Numbered from the stretch's first letter, positions 39,115 to 49,303 are shown. The stretch is DNA of 64,000 nucleotides from Candidatus Anderseniibacteriota bacterium (GCA_040900375.1 JBBDZC010000012.1:39301-103300), one strand, 5' to 3'. Numbers and translations: made by a program. Notes: generated from the sequence alone by a model not told the origin.

Positions 39115-39184
39115 CTTTCTAGTATAACTAGCCAAACAGAAAACGCAAGTCCGCTGCATTTCCTTACGTCGTACCCTAAAACTT

Positions 39185-39748
39185 AAAGAAAAAGCCGTGT
39201 AGTATGCGAGCACTCCTAGGGGGCAGTACCAGGATTGCGGACACATACCACACGGCATAGTCTCCTCTGTTCCGACAGAGAAGAAAGAACCCAGTGAGCT
39301 GGTCAGTCTCCAGCGTTAGCTGGTATGTAAGCCTAAGGGATAGCGGACCTCCTTGTGTGAGGACCTCCAGGCCTTCACGGCTACCTTTATGGCCTACTCA
39401 CTGGGTTACTCTGTTGGACTTGACGCAGATAAACTGCCGTCCAACTGATGAAAAAGAACACTATGATGACTCCGCGACCCCGCCTTTTTAAGAGAAAGGA
39501 GATGAGGCCGCGGAGCTAAAGACTTCTGATACCTTCTTAGTGACGAGGAGCACCTGGAGTCTAGTTACAGACATAGGTTCTTTATAACGTCGTGTGAGCA
39601 GTAGGATTCACGCGACATACTTAAACGTGCGCAAGACACGGTAAGTCGAAACTGACCGAGCTGTAGTTGCACGCAAGCTCCCTCCTCACCACTAAGAAGG
39701 TGTAGAAGTTTTTTAAGATGCTTTTCTCTTCTCAAGGTACGGCAATAA
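39185..39748 (-). ncRNA. Candidate large structured ncRNA A, family unknown
   Basis: multiple long stems whose mismatches resolve as G-U on the minus strand; promoter upstream; stem + U-tract at the 3' end. Confidence 0.6.
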
Positions 39749-39754
39749 CCATTT

Positions 39755-39782
39755 AGTATACTCTTCCGTGATAGTTTGTCAA
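39755..39782 (-). promoter_or_regulatory. Sigma70-like promoter
   Basis: minus strand TTGACA-16 nt-TATACT. Confidence 0.7.
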
Positions 39783-39917
39783 GTTTTGTTTACATTTTCC
39801 TTGTACTATCTGATTCTTCTGCCAAGTAAAGCCGTTTTATTATAAAATATGTGTCAATTTTTACCGTCAATACTATGGATATTCTCAACAATTAAAAAGT
39901 AAGGCACAATAAAGGAG

Positions 39918-40553
39918 ATGAAGATTTGTGTTATTGGTAGTCCGAGTACGGGCAAGTCAGTATTTGCGCGGACGCTCTCGGCCGAGATGGGTAAACGAGG
40001 TATTAATTGTGAATTAGTCCAGGAATACGCCAGTGCCTATATCCAACAAGTGGGCGCGCCCGAGCAAGCCTGGGAACAGTTAGTGATTAGTATCGGCCAA
40101 TATTTGTCCGAGCAAAAAACCACTCGTGATCATATGGTTACCGATGCGGCGGCATTTGCTACCTATGTGTATGCCCAGCGAGCTTTGCCGAAGATGATTA
40201 ATTCACGGGTCTGGCCAAAGTATCGTCATTTACTCGATATGTTGCGGACGCTCGCCCGCATCTCGGCTGAATCGTACGATCTTATTTTCTTACTCACCCA
40301 CGTTTTTCTTCCCCGCCAAGATGGCGTGCGGCTCGAGACCCACCTTTCGTATGACGAATGCAAGGAAATCAATCGGGATATGGAGGTCTACTTAGAATCC
40401 GAGCGAGTAGCCTACCATCGGCTGAAAGCTAACTCTGCCAAAGCTTTGGGCACGGCCATACAGATTATTGAGCAGCGGCTCTTGATTCAATCGCCCCAAC
40501 CCAAGTCTCACAAAGAGAGCGACCGCCTGACCATTGGCATTCGGTCCCCATGA
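39918..40553 (+). CDS. NadR/Ttd14-like AAA_28 P-loop ATPase/kinase
   Basis: ICVIGSPSTGKS, V-EYA--YI, VTD, YDLIFLL, DGVR; AAGGAG RBS. Confidence 0.8.
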   Translation: MKICVIGSPSTGKSVFARTLSAEMGKRGINCELVQEYASAYIQQVGAPEQAWEQLVISIGQYLSEQKTTRDHMVTDAAAFATYVYAQRALPKMINSRVWPKYRHLLDMLRTLARISAESYDLIFLLTHVFLPRQDGVRLETHLSYDECKEINRDMEVYLESERVAYHRLKANSAKALGTAIQIIEQRLLIQSPQPKSHKESDRLTIGIRSP

Positions 40554-41060
40554 CTAGGTCAGCACAATTAATGAGTGAGTATATAACCTTTTTGGTGTAT
40601 AGCTGGCAGCGGGGCTTCCTTAATGTAAAAGTCAGCAGGTAAAAAGCACCCAAGACTAGAGAGTGGAACCCCTTAGTCCAGCAAATGAGGCGTTTAGCAG
40701 CTATAGAAGAAGCCTCGGCGGCTGCGTGGTAGCCGGTTGCGGCTATAGCAGCGCATTTTATTTTTATTTGTCGAACCCTTTTATTTACCGCATCCCGCAG
40801 ACCCCTAGCCCAAAAAACGGCACTCTTTATTGGTGGTCTATATTACAAAAAGAAACTTCCTAATTGATAGCGCGCGACAGCGACACCCCCTACCCCCCAA
40901 AAAAATCAGGAGCCCGATAAGCGATTTACGCTTTTTTAGAGATATGGCCACATATACTTCGGTGTCCTCGAAGTAACACACCCTCTGCTTGACTATCCAA
41001 GACAGGCTTTTTCTTTACCGCTACTATAATAAGACTTGTACTAAGCAATATTATATTTTT

Positions 41061-41462
41061 ATGCATTCACCTACTCACTACGGTATTGAACTGGTTATTA
41101 ATGCGAGCGGTTGCGACCCATCACTCATGACGCGTGAGAAATTAGCAGTCTTCATTGAGCAATTATGTGAGAGAATTGACATGAAGCGCGCGCTCGAACC
41201 TTATTTCTGGGACGAGATTAATGGCGGTTCGACGCCTGAACCGCACTTAAAAGGAGTATCGGTTTTTCAGTTTATTGAAACGAGCAATATTGCCATTCAC
41301 GCGCTGACCATGCTCGAAGTGATTTTCCTTAATATTTTCTCTTGTAAGCCATTCGAGCAAAAAGCTGTGGAGAAATTCGTCAAGGAATATTTCAAAGCTC
41401 AACACGTAGAAAGTAAGTTGATTGAACGAACGTATGTCGCGCGCCTACGAGAAAAATCTTAA
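41061..41462 (+). CDS. Pyruvoyl-dependent S-adenosylmethionine decarboxylase family protein
   Basis: YG-ELVI-A-GC, L---IDMK, GVS--QFIETSNIAIH, LNIFSCK-F. Confidence 0.85.
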   Translation: MHSPTHYGIELVINASGCDPSLMTREKLAVFIEQLCERIDMKRALEPYFWDEINGGSTPEPHLKGVSVFQFIETSNIAIHALTMLEVIFLNIFSCKPFEQKAVEKFVKEYFKAQHVESKLIERTYVARLREKS

Positions 41463-42687
41463 ACTCGACTGGCGACTTTCGCCGGCTGATTTACACCAAC
41501 AGGCTTTAGCACAGCTTGCGGCAAGCGAATCAATTGTCCGATGCGTCTTTGGGACAGATACCTCAGAAGTCGGCTTGCTAGACATAGCTCTGCCCACACG
41601 AACGCCTTTTTCGTTCCAAAAACGTGCTATTGAAAACCAAGCCCAATTTAATGTGGCATACATCGTCCCCACTGGCGTCGGTGCTGCCCAGGGTGGGCAC
41701 GCTGGCGATGCAACACCGGTTCTGAAGGCCATTTCCAGTATTGCCGATACTGTCTTTACACATCCAAACGTGGTTAATGCCTCCGATGTAAATGAGATGC
41801 CCAATAATACTCTCTATGTAGAAGGAAGCCTACTCTCAGCGTTTCTAATGGGCACTATTGGCCTTATGCGACGCCGAGGTAATCGCGTCCTCGCACTTCT
41901 CGGTCAACACCACAGGCGATACGTTGAGGCTGCAATAAACACAATTAATGCCGCTCGTGCGACTTACGGCCTTGATTGCTTAACCTTAGCCATTGTTCCG
42001 CTCACCATGAAAGCTGATTGGTCGCCCTCTGGTCGGGCATCTGGAGAAATTACCGGGCTCGATAATGTCTGGCAGGAACTCAACAAGCACGAGGGAGAAT
42101 TTGATACTATTGCCATCACGTCGCCGATTACTATGAATCCGGAAGCACGTGACTTTTATCTCGAAGAAACAAAGGGGGAATCCGTAAATCCGTGGGGTGG
42201 TATCGAGGCACTACTCACACATGCTATTGCTATGAGGATGCAAGTCCCTGTTGCACACGCACCCATGATGGAATCACTAGAGGTAGAGGCACTTAATTAC
42301 GGCATTGTTGATGCCCGTGTGGCCGCCGAGATGATTTCACTTTCGTATTTACAGTGTGTTCTTAAGGGATTGCAGCGGGCCCCTGTCGTTGCAGACCCAG
42401 CTACGCCCCACAGTTTGACTGCCGCCGATGTTAATGCCTTAATAATTCCCCGTGGATGTTTTGGCATGCCAATTTACGCTGCACTGCACCAAGGTATTCG
42501 CGTTATCGCGGTAGCGGATAAAATATACGCGGAAGACCATACTGAGGTTATTCGTGCTCTACCCTGGCGGCCAGGTCAATACAGAGAAGTCAGCAATTAT
42601 TCTGAAGCCCTAGGCATCCTGGCTTGCATGAAAGCAGGTATAGTGCCTGAAGCTATCAGTCGTCCCTTGCAAACAATCTCACTCTAA
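41434..42687 (+). CDS. DUF3326 domain protein
   Basis: IVPTGVGA--GG-AGDA-P, THPNVVNASD, LYVEG, VNPWGG-EA--TH, P-AHAP, D-R-AAE. Confidence 0.85.
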   Translation: MSRAYEKNLKLDWRLSPADLHQQALAQLAASESIVRCVFGTDTSEVGLLDIALPTRTPFSFQKRAIENQAQFNVAYIVPTGVGAAQGGHAGDATPVLKAISSIADTVFTHPNVVNASDVNEMPNNTLYVEGSLLSAFLMGTIGLMRRRGNRVLALLGQHHRRYVEAAINTINAARATYGLDCLTLAIVPLTMKADWSPSGRASGEITGLDNVWQELNKHEGEFDTIAITSPITMNPEARDFYLEETKGESVNPWGGIEALLTHAIAMRMQVPVAHAPMMESLEVEALNYGIVDARVAAEMISLSYLQCVLKGLQRAPVVADPATPHSLTAADVNALIIPRGCFGMPIYAALHQGIRVIAVADKIYAEDHTEVIRALPWRPGQYREVSNYSEALGILACMKAGIVPEAISRPLQTISL

Positions 42688-42766
42688 TAAGAGCCGGCAA
42701 CTCATGCCAGTCTAAAGTTTTACTTCGGTTGGCCCCTTGCCATGAATCAATGCGCCAAAATAGGCC

Positions 42767-43010
42767 GTGCGCATTGAGCGCAACAAGTGTGAGGTATCAG
42801 AGGTGTCTATCCAAAAGTACCTAGATCGCTGCATTGCAGTTATTACTGATCCGGTCCAACGATGGCTGACCTACACAATTCCCGAAAATACTCAGAGGTT
42901 CCAAAGAGAATTATTTCCCGCGGGCATTGAATTTGACGGCGAACTTTGTCGAACCCATGAATTATCGCCTATTGTAGAGATTTTAGAGGACTTTCCTATT
43001 ACAAAGTCCG
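42767..43010 (+). pseudogene. Probable C-terminal remnant of a large serine recombinase/integrase
   Basis: W...QRFQRELFP-GI-FDG---RT--LS-I pattern running into the tRNA 3' end; no start or catalytic domain. Confidence 0.5.
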
Positions 43011-43013
43011 GTT

Positions 43014-43089
43014 TGGTGCGCCCGGCAGGAATCGAACCTGCGACCGTTGGCTTAAAAGGCCACTGCTCTACCAATTGAGCTACGGGCGC
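43014..43089 (-). tRNA. tRNA-Lys(TTT)
   Basis: GCGCCCG/CGGGCGC acceptor + ACCA, anticodon loop CTTTTAA, GGTTCGATTCC. Confidence 0.96.
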
Positions 43090-43207
43090 GTACGAACTAT
43101 ATACCGATTTGATTGCAAATAGTCAATTACTACTAAATGTGATACCATATAGGTGATAACTTATCCACATTTATCCTTCATTCATTTATTTAAATTTATC
43201 CACGCCT

Positions 43208-43918
43208 ATGGCTCACACAAAAACACTGCAGTTTAATGTTTCGGCCTGGCTGTACGGGGGGATGGTTGCGGTACTGCTGCTTGGTCTCATCTTTGCGGCT
43301 CGGCAATCGTCAGCCGCTGATCGCTACACCTTCTTGATGCGCGGTGATGTCATGAAGCTTGATGCTGCCAATAAAAATATTCACGTGTATATTCGTCACG
43401 TCAATTCAGCGGCCGAACATGATGCTGGCCAAACTATTGAGATTGATGTCCGCTCGGCTACTTTCTACAATTATGACAGCAAGCAGCGCAAGGTACGGAC
43501 AACTCTCGGTTCATTGGCCGTGGGTGACGAAGTCGTGATTCGGGGTACCGGCGGGAGCGGGATCTATAATGCGGATTGGGTAGTGGAAAATGATAACTTA
43601 GTTAAGGTTTTAGGGACGGTTGATACACAGGATGTCAGTAATAACTTCTTGAAAGTTGAGATTGAATCAGTGACATTTCAATCAACTGGTAAGGCCTATA
43701 AGGCAAATATCTTCAAGAAGGGTGCTGTGGTCCGTGTCTACTACGATGAAGATAGTGTAAAGTTTATCAGCCGGGATGGGAATGCGATGAGGGCAGATGA
43801 AATTGCGAATAACGGCGAAAAGATCACACTTAAGAACATTAAGGTCAAGTACGGCTCGCGTTTTGAAGCTGATGCCGCCGCACCTGTTTCAGAGATTACC
43901 GACGGTAAACACCTGTAG
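43208..43918 (+). CDS. Secreted hypothetical protein (repeated OB-like/DUF5666-like domains)
   Basis: signal/TM helix; G-V...L-VGDEVVIRG pattern. Confidence 0.65.
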   Translation: MAHTKTLQFNVSAWLYGGMVAVLLLGLIFAARQSSAADRYTFLMRGDVMKLDAANKNIHVYIRHVNSAAEHDAGQTIEIDVRSATFYNYDSKQRKVRTTLGSLAVGDEVVIRGTGGSGIYNADWVVENDNLVKVLGTVDTQDVSNNFLKVEIESVTFQSTGKAYKANIFKKGAVVRVYYDEDSVKFISRDGNAMRADEIANNGEKITLKNIKVKYGSRFEADAAAPVSEITDGKHL

Positions 43919-43925
43919 CCTGAAC

Positions 43926-45011
43926 CTAAAAGAATGATCGCTTACGAGCGGCAGTAAACTCTTCGAGTAGCTGCCGCTGTTTGCGTGAGAGTTTCGTGGG
44001 AATGATTACCTGGGCCCTGACAATCTGATCACCGCTACGTCCCCCCCCAATTACCGGAAATCCCTGGCCGCGTAATTTAAACTCTGTCCCCGGTTGAGTG
44101 CCGGCAGGAATTTTGAGAGGCGTTATTCCCGCAAGAGTAGGGATGTTCTTGGTTGCGCCCAGCGTAGCTTCGACAAATGATAACTCAACCTGTGAACGAA
44201 CATCGCTACCGTCGCGCCGCAAGTGGGCGTGCGGCCGGATATGCACAGTGACATAGAGGTCGCCGGGGATACCACCCCGAACCGGAAATTCTCCCTGGCC
44301 GGCAATGCGAACCGTCTGACCATCGTCAATACCCGCTGGAATGGTAATTTTTAAGGTTTTACTTCGGCGTTGTCTGCCCTCACCCCGACACTTTGTGCAC
44401 ACTGTTTCTGGTTTCTTGCCTTCGCCCTGACAGTCGGGACAGATACTGGATTGGCTAAAGACGCCAAACATAGTTTGCCGCGACGTGGTGACACTGCCGG
44501 TGCCCCGGCACATTGCGCACTCCTTAATGGGAGTGTTGGGCTCGGCACCGTTGCCGTGACACAAGCGACAGGATTGATAGAGTTGAAGAGTAGTGTCACG
44601 CTTCATATCGGCTGCCGGCTCCGCAAAATCCAGCGTGACATCAATGGCGACATCATTGCCTTGGCGCACCGAGGCGCGCGTTCGTGACCCTGACTGTCGT
44701 CTGCCAAAAAACTGTTCAAAGATATCACTCACGCCGCCTAAGTCTTCAAAGTTAACGCTATAATTACCAAATCCGCTAAAGCCCCCTCCCCCACCGGCTT
44801 GGTCAAAGTTCTGGCCAAACTGATCATACTGGGCCCGTTTTTGCTCATCACTTAATACTTGGTATGCAGCGTTAACCTGCTTGAATTTCTCTTCATCCCC
44901 ACCTTTTTTATCGGGATGATACTGATGTGCCATACGGCGATATGCCCGCTTGATTTCATCTGCGGAAGCGTCTTGGGTAATGCCTAAAATTTGGTAGTAA
45001 TTTTGAGCCAC
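43926..45011 (-). CDS. dnaJ: Chaperone DnaJ
   Basis: J domain with HPD, G/F region, four CxxCxGxG repeats. Confidence 0.98.
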   Translation of the reverse strand: MAQNYYQILGITQDASADEIKRAYRRMAHQYHPDKKGGDEEKFKQVNAAYQVLSDEQKRAQYDQFGQNFDQAGGGGGFSGFGNYSVNFEDLGGVSDIFEQFFGRRQSGSRTRASVRQGNDVAIDVTLDFAEPAADMKRDTTLQLYQSCRLCHGNGAEPNTPIKECAMCRGTGSVTTSRQTMFGVFSQSSICPDCQGEGKKPETVCTKCRGEGRQRRSKTLKITIPAGIDDGQTVRIAGQGEFPVRGGIPGDLYVTVHIRPHAHLRRDGSDVRSQVELSFVEATLGATKNIPTLAGITPLKIPAGTQPGTEFKLRGQGFPVIGGGRSGDQIVRAQVIIPTKLSRKQRQLLEEFTAARKRSFF

Positions 45012-45070
45012 AAAGTAATTAGTTATTTAAGACCTTCTTGAATGTTTATGCGTTTTCTCCTCATCGGAAG

Positions 45071-46024
45071 TTACAGCTGGAGACGCTCCACCATAGCTTG
45101 CGTACGGGTAATCGTAAAGAGCTGTGCTTCTTGCCCAAGTTGGACACTTAAGGCAATGAGCCCTAGCGTGGGCCAGACGATAAAGGGTACCAACACCCGG
45201 AAGGTTAGAAAGATAATAATCATCAAGAGGATGGAAGCAATTAGAGGATTTTGACTGGTTAACTCATTAATCTGGCGATTAATGAGGCCGGCTACGATGG
45301 TAGAAAAGCTTTCTTGACCACTTAGATTTTGGCCGAGCCGCTGGGCAATTTCTTGTCGCGAACGCTGCAATTGCTGTTCATCAATTATATACCCCGGAGG
45401 CAGTTTCTTTCGTTCTTCGGCAATGCTTGCTTCGAGCAACTCGTCAAAGGAAGTCTGCGGCGTATAACCAGGAAAGAAATCATTAATAATTGGATCAAAG
45501 GGTTTTAAGAGAGGTTCTATTTGGCGTTCAGTAATCTGAAACCGCGCCTGGGCCACCGAGTTAGTAATCAGTGGCCAGGCGACACCGAGTAAAGCAATCA
45601 TGAGACCCAGGGTTAACAACTGGACGCCACCCGGGAATATTTGAGTAATACGATAGTACACCCGATTATGAACTTCGCGAACGATTGTCCGCTGCGCCAT
45701 AGCCATAAAAACAACCAGCAACACTGCGGCGCCAATGCCGACTGGTGACAGTATACTGAAGGCGACAACCATGAGCGCGGGAACCAGGTAGAGGGCGGCG
45801 AGGCTAGCGGGCCGACGAAGGATCGATAAGCAGAGCGCCATGAGCATGATCCACACCAGCGCTAGTAAAATAATTACCAGAGCATACCACCCGTGCTGCA
45901 GCGAGAGCGGCAACAGAAGCATCATTGCCGCAAACGGCAACAGGCTATAGCTGCAGACAAAAATGACCAGCGCTAATTCTTTTTGGTAGGCAGTCATGTC
46001 CTTATAGTGTAGCGCACTCATCAA
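45071..46024 (-). CDS. Hypothetical multi-pass membrane protein
   Basis: ~6 hydrophobic helices, lies between dnaK and dnaJ; start uncertain. Confidence 0.7.
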   Translation of the reverse strand: MMSALHYKDMTAYQKELALVIFVCSYSLLPFAAMMLLLPLSLQHGWYALVIILLALVWIMLMALCLSILRRPASLAALYLVPALMVVAFSILSPVGIGAAVLLVVFMAMAQRTIVREVHNRVYYRITQIFPGGVQLLTLGLMIALLGVAWPLITNSVAQARFQITERQIEPLLKPFDPIINDFFPGYTPQTSFDELLEASIAEERKKLPPGYIIDEQQLQRSRQEIAQRLGQNLSGQESFSTIVAGLINRQINELTSQNPLIASILLMIIIFLTFRVLVPFIVWPTLGLIALSVQLGQEAQLFTITRTQAMVERLQL

Positions 46025-46079
46025 TAACCCTTAAACATGCTTTGGCTACTCTCCCGGCAGTAAAGCTCCCACTTAAGCC

Positions 46080-47999
46080 TCAAGATTGCTTACTAGAAGA
46101 GGGGGATTTGTCGGGGGCTTCCTCGGCTTTACCATCAACTACCCCACCCGGGTTTGGTGTCTGGGCTGTCGCCGGCTCGGGAGAGCCAGTGCTAGCTGAT
46201 TGTTGGTAGAGTTTCTCACCAATTTTCTGGGCGGCCGCGGAGAGCTCCTCGGTAGCGCGCTTGATGGCAGCAGTGTCCTCTCCTGACTGAATTGCTTTAA
46301 GTGCTTCTATTTTTTCCGTGACGGTCTTTTTTGTCGACTCGTCAATTTTATTTTCTGCCTCGCGCAGAGCTTTTTCCGTGGCGTAGATGAGTTGTTCAGC
46401 CTGGTTCTTGACCTCCACAATTTCTTTTTTACGTCGGTCCTCCTCGGCATGGGCGGCGGCTTCTTGCTGCATCCGCTGGATTTCCTCTGCCGAGATGCCC
46501 GAGCTACCTTCAATTTTAATACTTTGCTGCTTGCCACTGGCTTTATCCTTAGCTGAAACATTCAAGATGCCGTTAGCATCAATATCAAAGGTTACTTCAA
46601 TCTGGGGTGTACCCCGCGGAGCGGGCGGAATACCATCCAAGACAAATCGCCCCAAAGATTTATTATCAGCGGCCATCTCGCGTTCCCCTTGCAAGACATG
46701 GATTTCAACCTGGGGCTGACTATCAGCGGCGGTCGAAAATACTTGCGACTTTTTGGTCGGCACCGTGGTGTTCTTAGGAATGAGTGATGTGCGTACACCC
46801 CCCAGAGTTTCTAGACCGAGTGTGAGCGGCGTAACATCGAGCAGTAAAACATCTTTAACATCGCCGCCCAAGATGCCGCCCTGAATGGCGGCGCCATACG
46901 CCACCACTTCGTCAGGGTTAATGCCTTTGTGGGGATCTTTGCCAAAGTATTGCTGGACGACCTGGGTAACTTTTGGCATGCGGGTCTGGCCACCCACGAG
47001 AATAACTTCATTGATATCAGCCGGTTGCAGCTTAGCTTCGGCTAAAGCTTCTTTAGTCACGGCGAGTGCTTTCTCGATTAAATCATCAACAAGCTCTTCT
47101 AATTTGGCGCGGGTGAGTGTTAGGACTAAGTGCTTGGGGCCATGAGCGTCGGTGGTAATGAAGGGTTGGTTAATCTCGGTAGTGGTTGAACTCGACAGCT
47201 CGTGTTTAGCTTTTTCAGCCGCTTCCTTTAAGCGCTGCAGGGCCATAGTATCGCGGCTTAAATCAATGCCCTCATGGCTCTTAAATTCCTTCACGATCCA
47301 ATCAATGATGCGCTGGTCAAAGTCATCTCCCCCTAAGTGTGTATCACCATGCGTGGCGCGGACTTCGATAGTATCAGCTGCAATCTCGAGAATGGAGACA
47401 TCAAATGTTCCTCCACCTAAATCAAAGACAACGACTTTCTCTTCTTTCTTCTTATCCAGGCCGTACGCCAGGGCGGCGGCCGTGGGCTCATTGATAATGC
47501 GACGGACTTGTAAACCTGCAATTTTACCCGCATCTTTAGTCGCTTTTCGTTGCGCATCATCAAAGTATGCTGGGACGGTAATCACCGCATCAGTAATGGT
47601 GGTGCCGAGCTTGCTTTCGGCATCCGCTTTAAGCTTTTGCAGGACCATGGCGGAAATTTCTGCGGGTTGGGCCCATTTTTCACCCAACTGGATCTCTACT
47701 CCCCCATCGGATCCTTCCCGAATCTCGTAGGGTAGCAGCTCTTTGTCACGCTGGACTTCCAGATCGCTAAAACGACGGCCAATTAAGCGCTTGGCCGAGT
47801 AAATAGTATTATGGGGATTAATAATGCTCTGGCGCTTAGCGACAACACCAACCAGCCGCTCATTTGACTTACTTAAAGCTACGACTGACGGCGTGGTGCG
47901 GTTACCCTCACTATTTTCAATAATAGTTGGTTCGCCCCCTACCATGTAGGCGATAGCTGAATTAGTGGTGCCTAAGTCGATACCTAAAATAGTACTCAT
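46080..47999 (-). CDS. dnaK: Chaperone DnaK
   Basis: [37 protein letters not shown]. Confidence 0.99.
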   Translation of the reverse strand: MSTILGIDLGTTNSAIAYMVGGEPTIIENSEGNRTTPSVVALSKSNERLVGVVAKRQSIINPHNTIYSAKRLIGRRFSDLEVQRDKELLPYEIREGSDGGVEIQLGEKWAQPAEISAMVLQKLKADAESKLGTTITDAVITVPAYFDDAQRKATKDAGKIAGLQVRRIINEPTAAALAYGLDKKKEEKVVVFDLGGGTFDVSILEIAADTIEVRATHGDTHLGGDDFDQRIIDWIVKEFKSHEGIDLSRDTMALQRLKEAAEKAKHELSSSTTTEINQPFITTDAHGPKHLVLTLTRAKLEELVDDLIEKALAVTKEALAEAKLQPADINEVILVGGQTRMPKVTQVVQQYFGKDPHKGINPDEVVAYGAAIQGGILGGDVKDVLLLDVTPLTLGLETLGGVRTSLIPKNTTVPTKKSQVFSTAADSQPQVEIHVLQGEREMAADNKSLGRFVLDGIPPAPRGTPQIEVTFDIDANGILNVSAKDKASGKQQSIKIEGSSGISAEEIQRMQQEAAAHAEEDRRKKEIVEVKNQAEQLIYATEKALREAENKIDESTKKTVTEKIEALKAIQSGEDTAAIKRATEELSAAAQKIGEKLYQQSASTGSPEPATAQTPNPGGVVDGKAEEAPDKSPSSSKQS

Positions 48000-48037
48000 A
48001 TGAATGTGAAGATTAAGAAATTAAGGATAATTATAAA

Positions 48038-48499
48038 TTAAAGACTGACTTTGACCTTCGCTGGGCGGAGTACCTGATTGGCCAGCTTGTAGCCTTGTTG
48101 GACTACCTCGATCACTTGATTACTTGGTACTCCCTCCTTTTTGACCTGGGCAATCGCTTCGTGGAGCTGGGGATCAAACGACTGTCCCTGCGTTTCAATG
48201 ATTTGTAAACCAAAACTATGAAGTGTTTGCTCAAGCTGGCGCGCGACATGGAGGACACCTTGCACCCAGGCATCGTCCTGGAGATGAGACGGCACGTGGG
48301 AAGTGACTGCTTGGAAATTATCAGCAATTGCGAGCAGCGGTTCTAAAGTGCGGCGTTGTAATTGGAGCATCTGTATCGCCTGGTTCTCTCGCAGCGACTT
48401 ACGGAAATTGAGCAACTCTGCTCGGGAGCGCTGCCAGCCTTCTAAATATTCTTGTTCACGGGGGGAACCTATAGTATGAGCTTGACGGGCATGAATCAT
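48038..48499 (-). CDS. grpE: Nucleotide exchange factor GrpE
   Basis: WQR-RAEL-NFRK, FDP-LHEA, V-Q-GY-L---VLRPA-VKV. Confidence 0.95.
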   Translation of the reverse strand: MIHARQAHTIGSPREQEYLEGWQRSRAELLNFRKSLRENQAIQMLQLQRRTLEPLLAIADNFQAVTSHVPSHLQDDAWVQGVLHVARQLEQTLHSFGLQIIETQGQSFDPQLHEAIAQVKKEGVPSNQVIEVVQQGYKLANQVLRPAKVKVSL

Positions 48500-49209
48500 A
48501 GAGATTGTTGTTTAATGATTGTGGCAAGGGCCTGAACGAGAGACAAGGTACGGTGGTAGTGCATCCGCTTTGGCCCAACCACAACAAGTACCATCTGGGG
48601 AACAAGCGGCGAGGTAATAGTTTGCACCACCAGGCTAATATGCTCGGCCGAAAAAAAAGGATTTTCTTTGCCAATGAAAACTGTTGTTTCGCTCGCTAGG
48701 TGGGCTAGTTGGGCGACATAGTCATCAATCCCCTCGAGCACGGCCGACATTTCTCGCACGGCGGCAAGGTGATCTCCTTCAGGCTGGTTTAAGACTTCAT
48801 GGAGACCAGCTTCTTGCAATTCTCCGGTTGAAACCACTCCGCTGACAACCATGGCATGAGAGCGACGAGACAGCAGTTTAGAGATTGTGCGGGCTAAGTG
48901 GCGATACTCCTCCTGCATGCGCTGAAGCTCCTGTCGGAGGGTGTGCCGCTGCCCGGCAGTGAGTTCGCGGAGGCGTACATGATCAACATAGTAGCGATAT
49001 CCCTGGTCAGTGGGTACGCGGCCGGCCGATGTATGCGGCTGAACCAGGTATCCCGCTGCTTCCAACTCGCGCAGAATTGCGCGAATCGTCGCCGGACTTA
49101 ATGCCAGGTTAAAGCGATGCTGTAAGGCAGTACTGCCCACGGGGCGGGCCGTGCGAATGTACTCTCGCACCACTCCCCCCAGTATATAAGCTTCTCGGGG
49201 CTCCATCAT
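48496..49209 (-). CDS. hrcA: Heat-inducible transcription repressor HrcA (short form)
   Basis: YI-TARPVGS, SPATIR, GYL-QPHTSAGRVPTD-GYRYYVD, VVGPKRM-Y. Confidence 0.95.
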   Translation of the reverse strand: MMEPREAYILGGVVREYIRTARPVGSTALQHRFNLALSPATIRAILRELEAAGYLVQPHTSAGRVPTDQGYRYYVDHVRLRELTAGQRHTLRQELQRMQEEYRHLARTISKLLSRRSHAMVVSGVVSTGELQEAGLHEVLNQPEGDHLAAVREMSAVLEGIDDYVAQLAHLASETTVFIGKENPFFSAEHISLVVQTITSPLVPQMVLVVVGPKRMHYHRTLSLVQALATIIKQQSL

Positions 49210-49227
49210 AGCATCATAGAGTGATAA

Positions 49228-49254
49228 TTAGCACTCAAGACGTTTGAGTGCTAA
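49228..49254. promoter_or_regulatory. CIRCE operator
   Basis: perfect TTAGCACTC-N9-GAGTGCTAA upstream of hrcA; TTGACA on the minus strand at 49281-49286. Confidence 0.97.
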
Positions 49255-49303
49255 CTCCATACTACGTTGTGCGGACAAGATGTCAAGGATTCCTGGGCGG
49301 GCT

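Noticed and set aside
38795-39748. RNase P RNA, tmRNA, SRP RNA, T-box or self-splicing intron
   Set aside because: No GAGGAAAGUCC, tRNA-like ends or tag ORF, SRP GGAA loop motif, T-box GGTGGTACCGCG or intron domain V seen; a 6S-like identity for the 39517-39715 rod cannot be fully excluded without cmscan
46307-47735. Antisense and alternate-frame ORFs over dnaK (and similar ones over other core genes)
   Set aside because: Shadow ORFs of well-supported genes, no independent motifs
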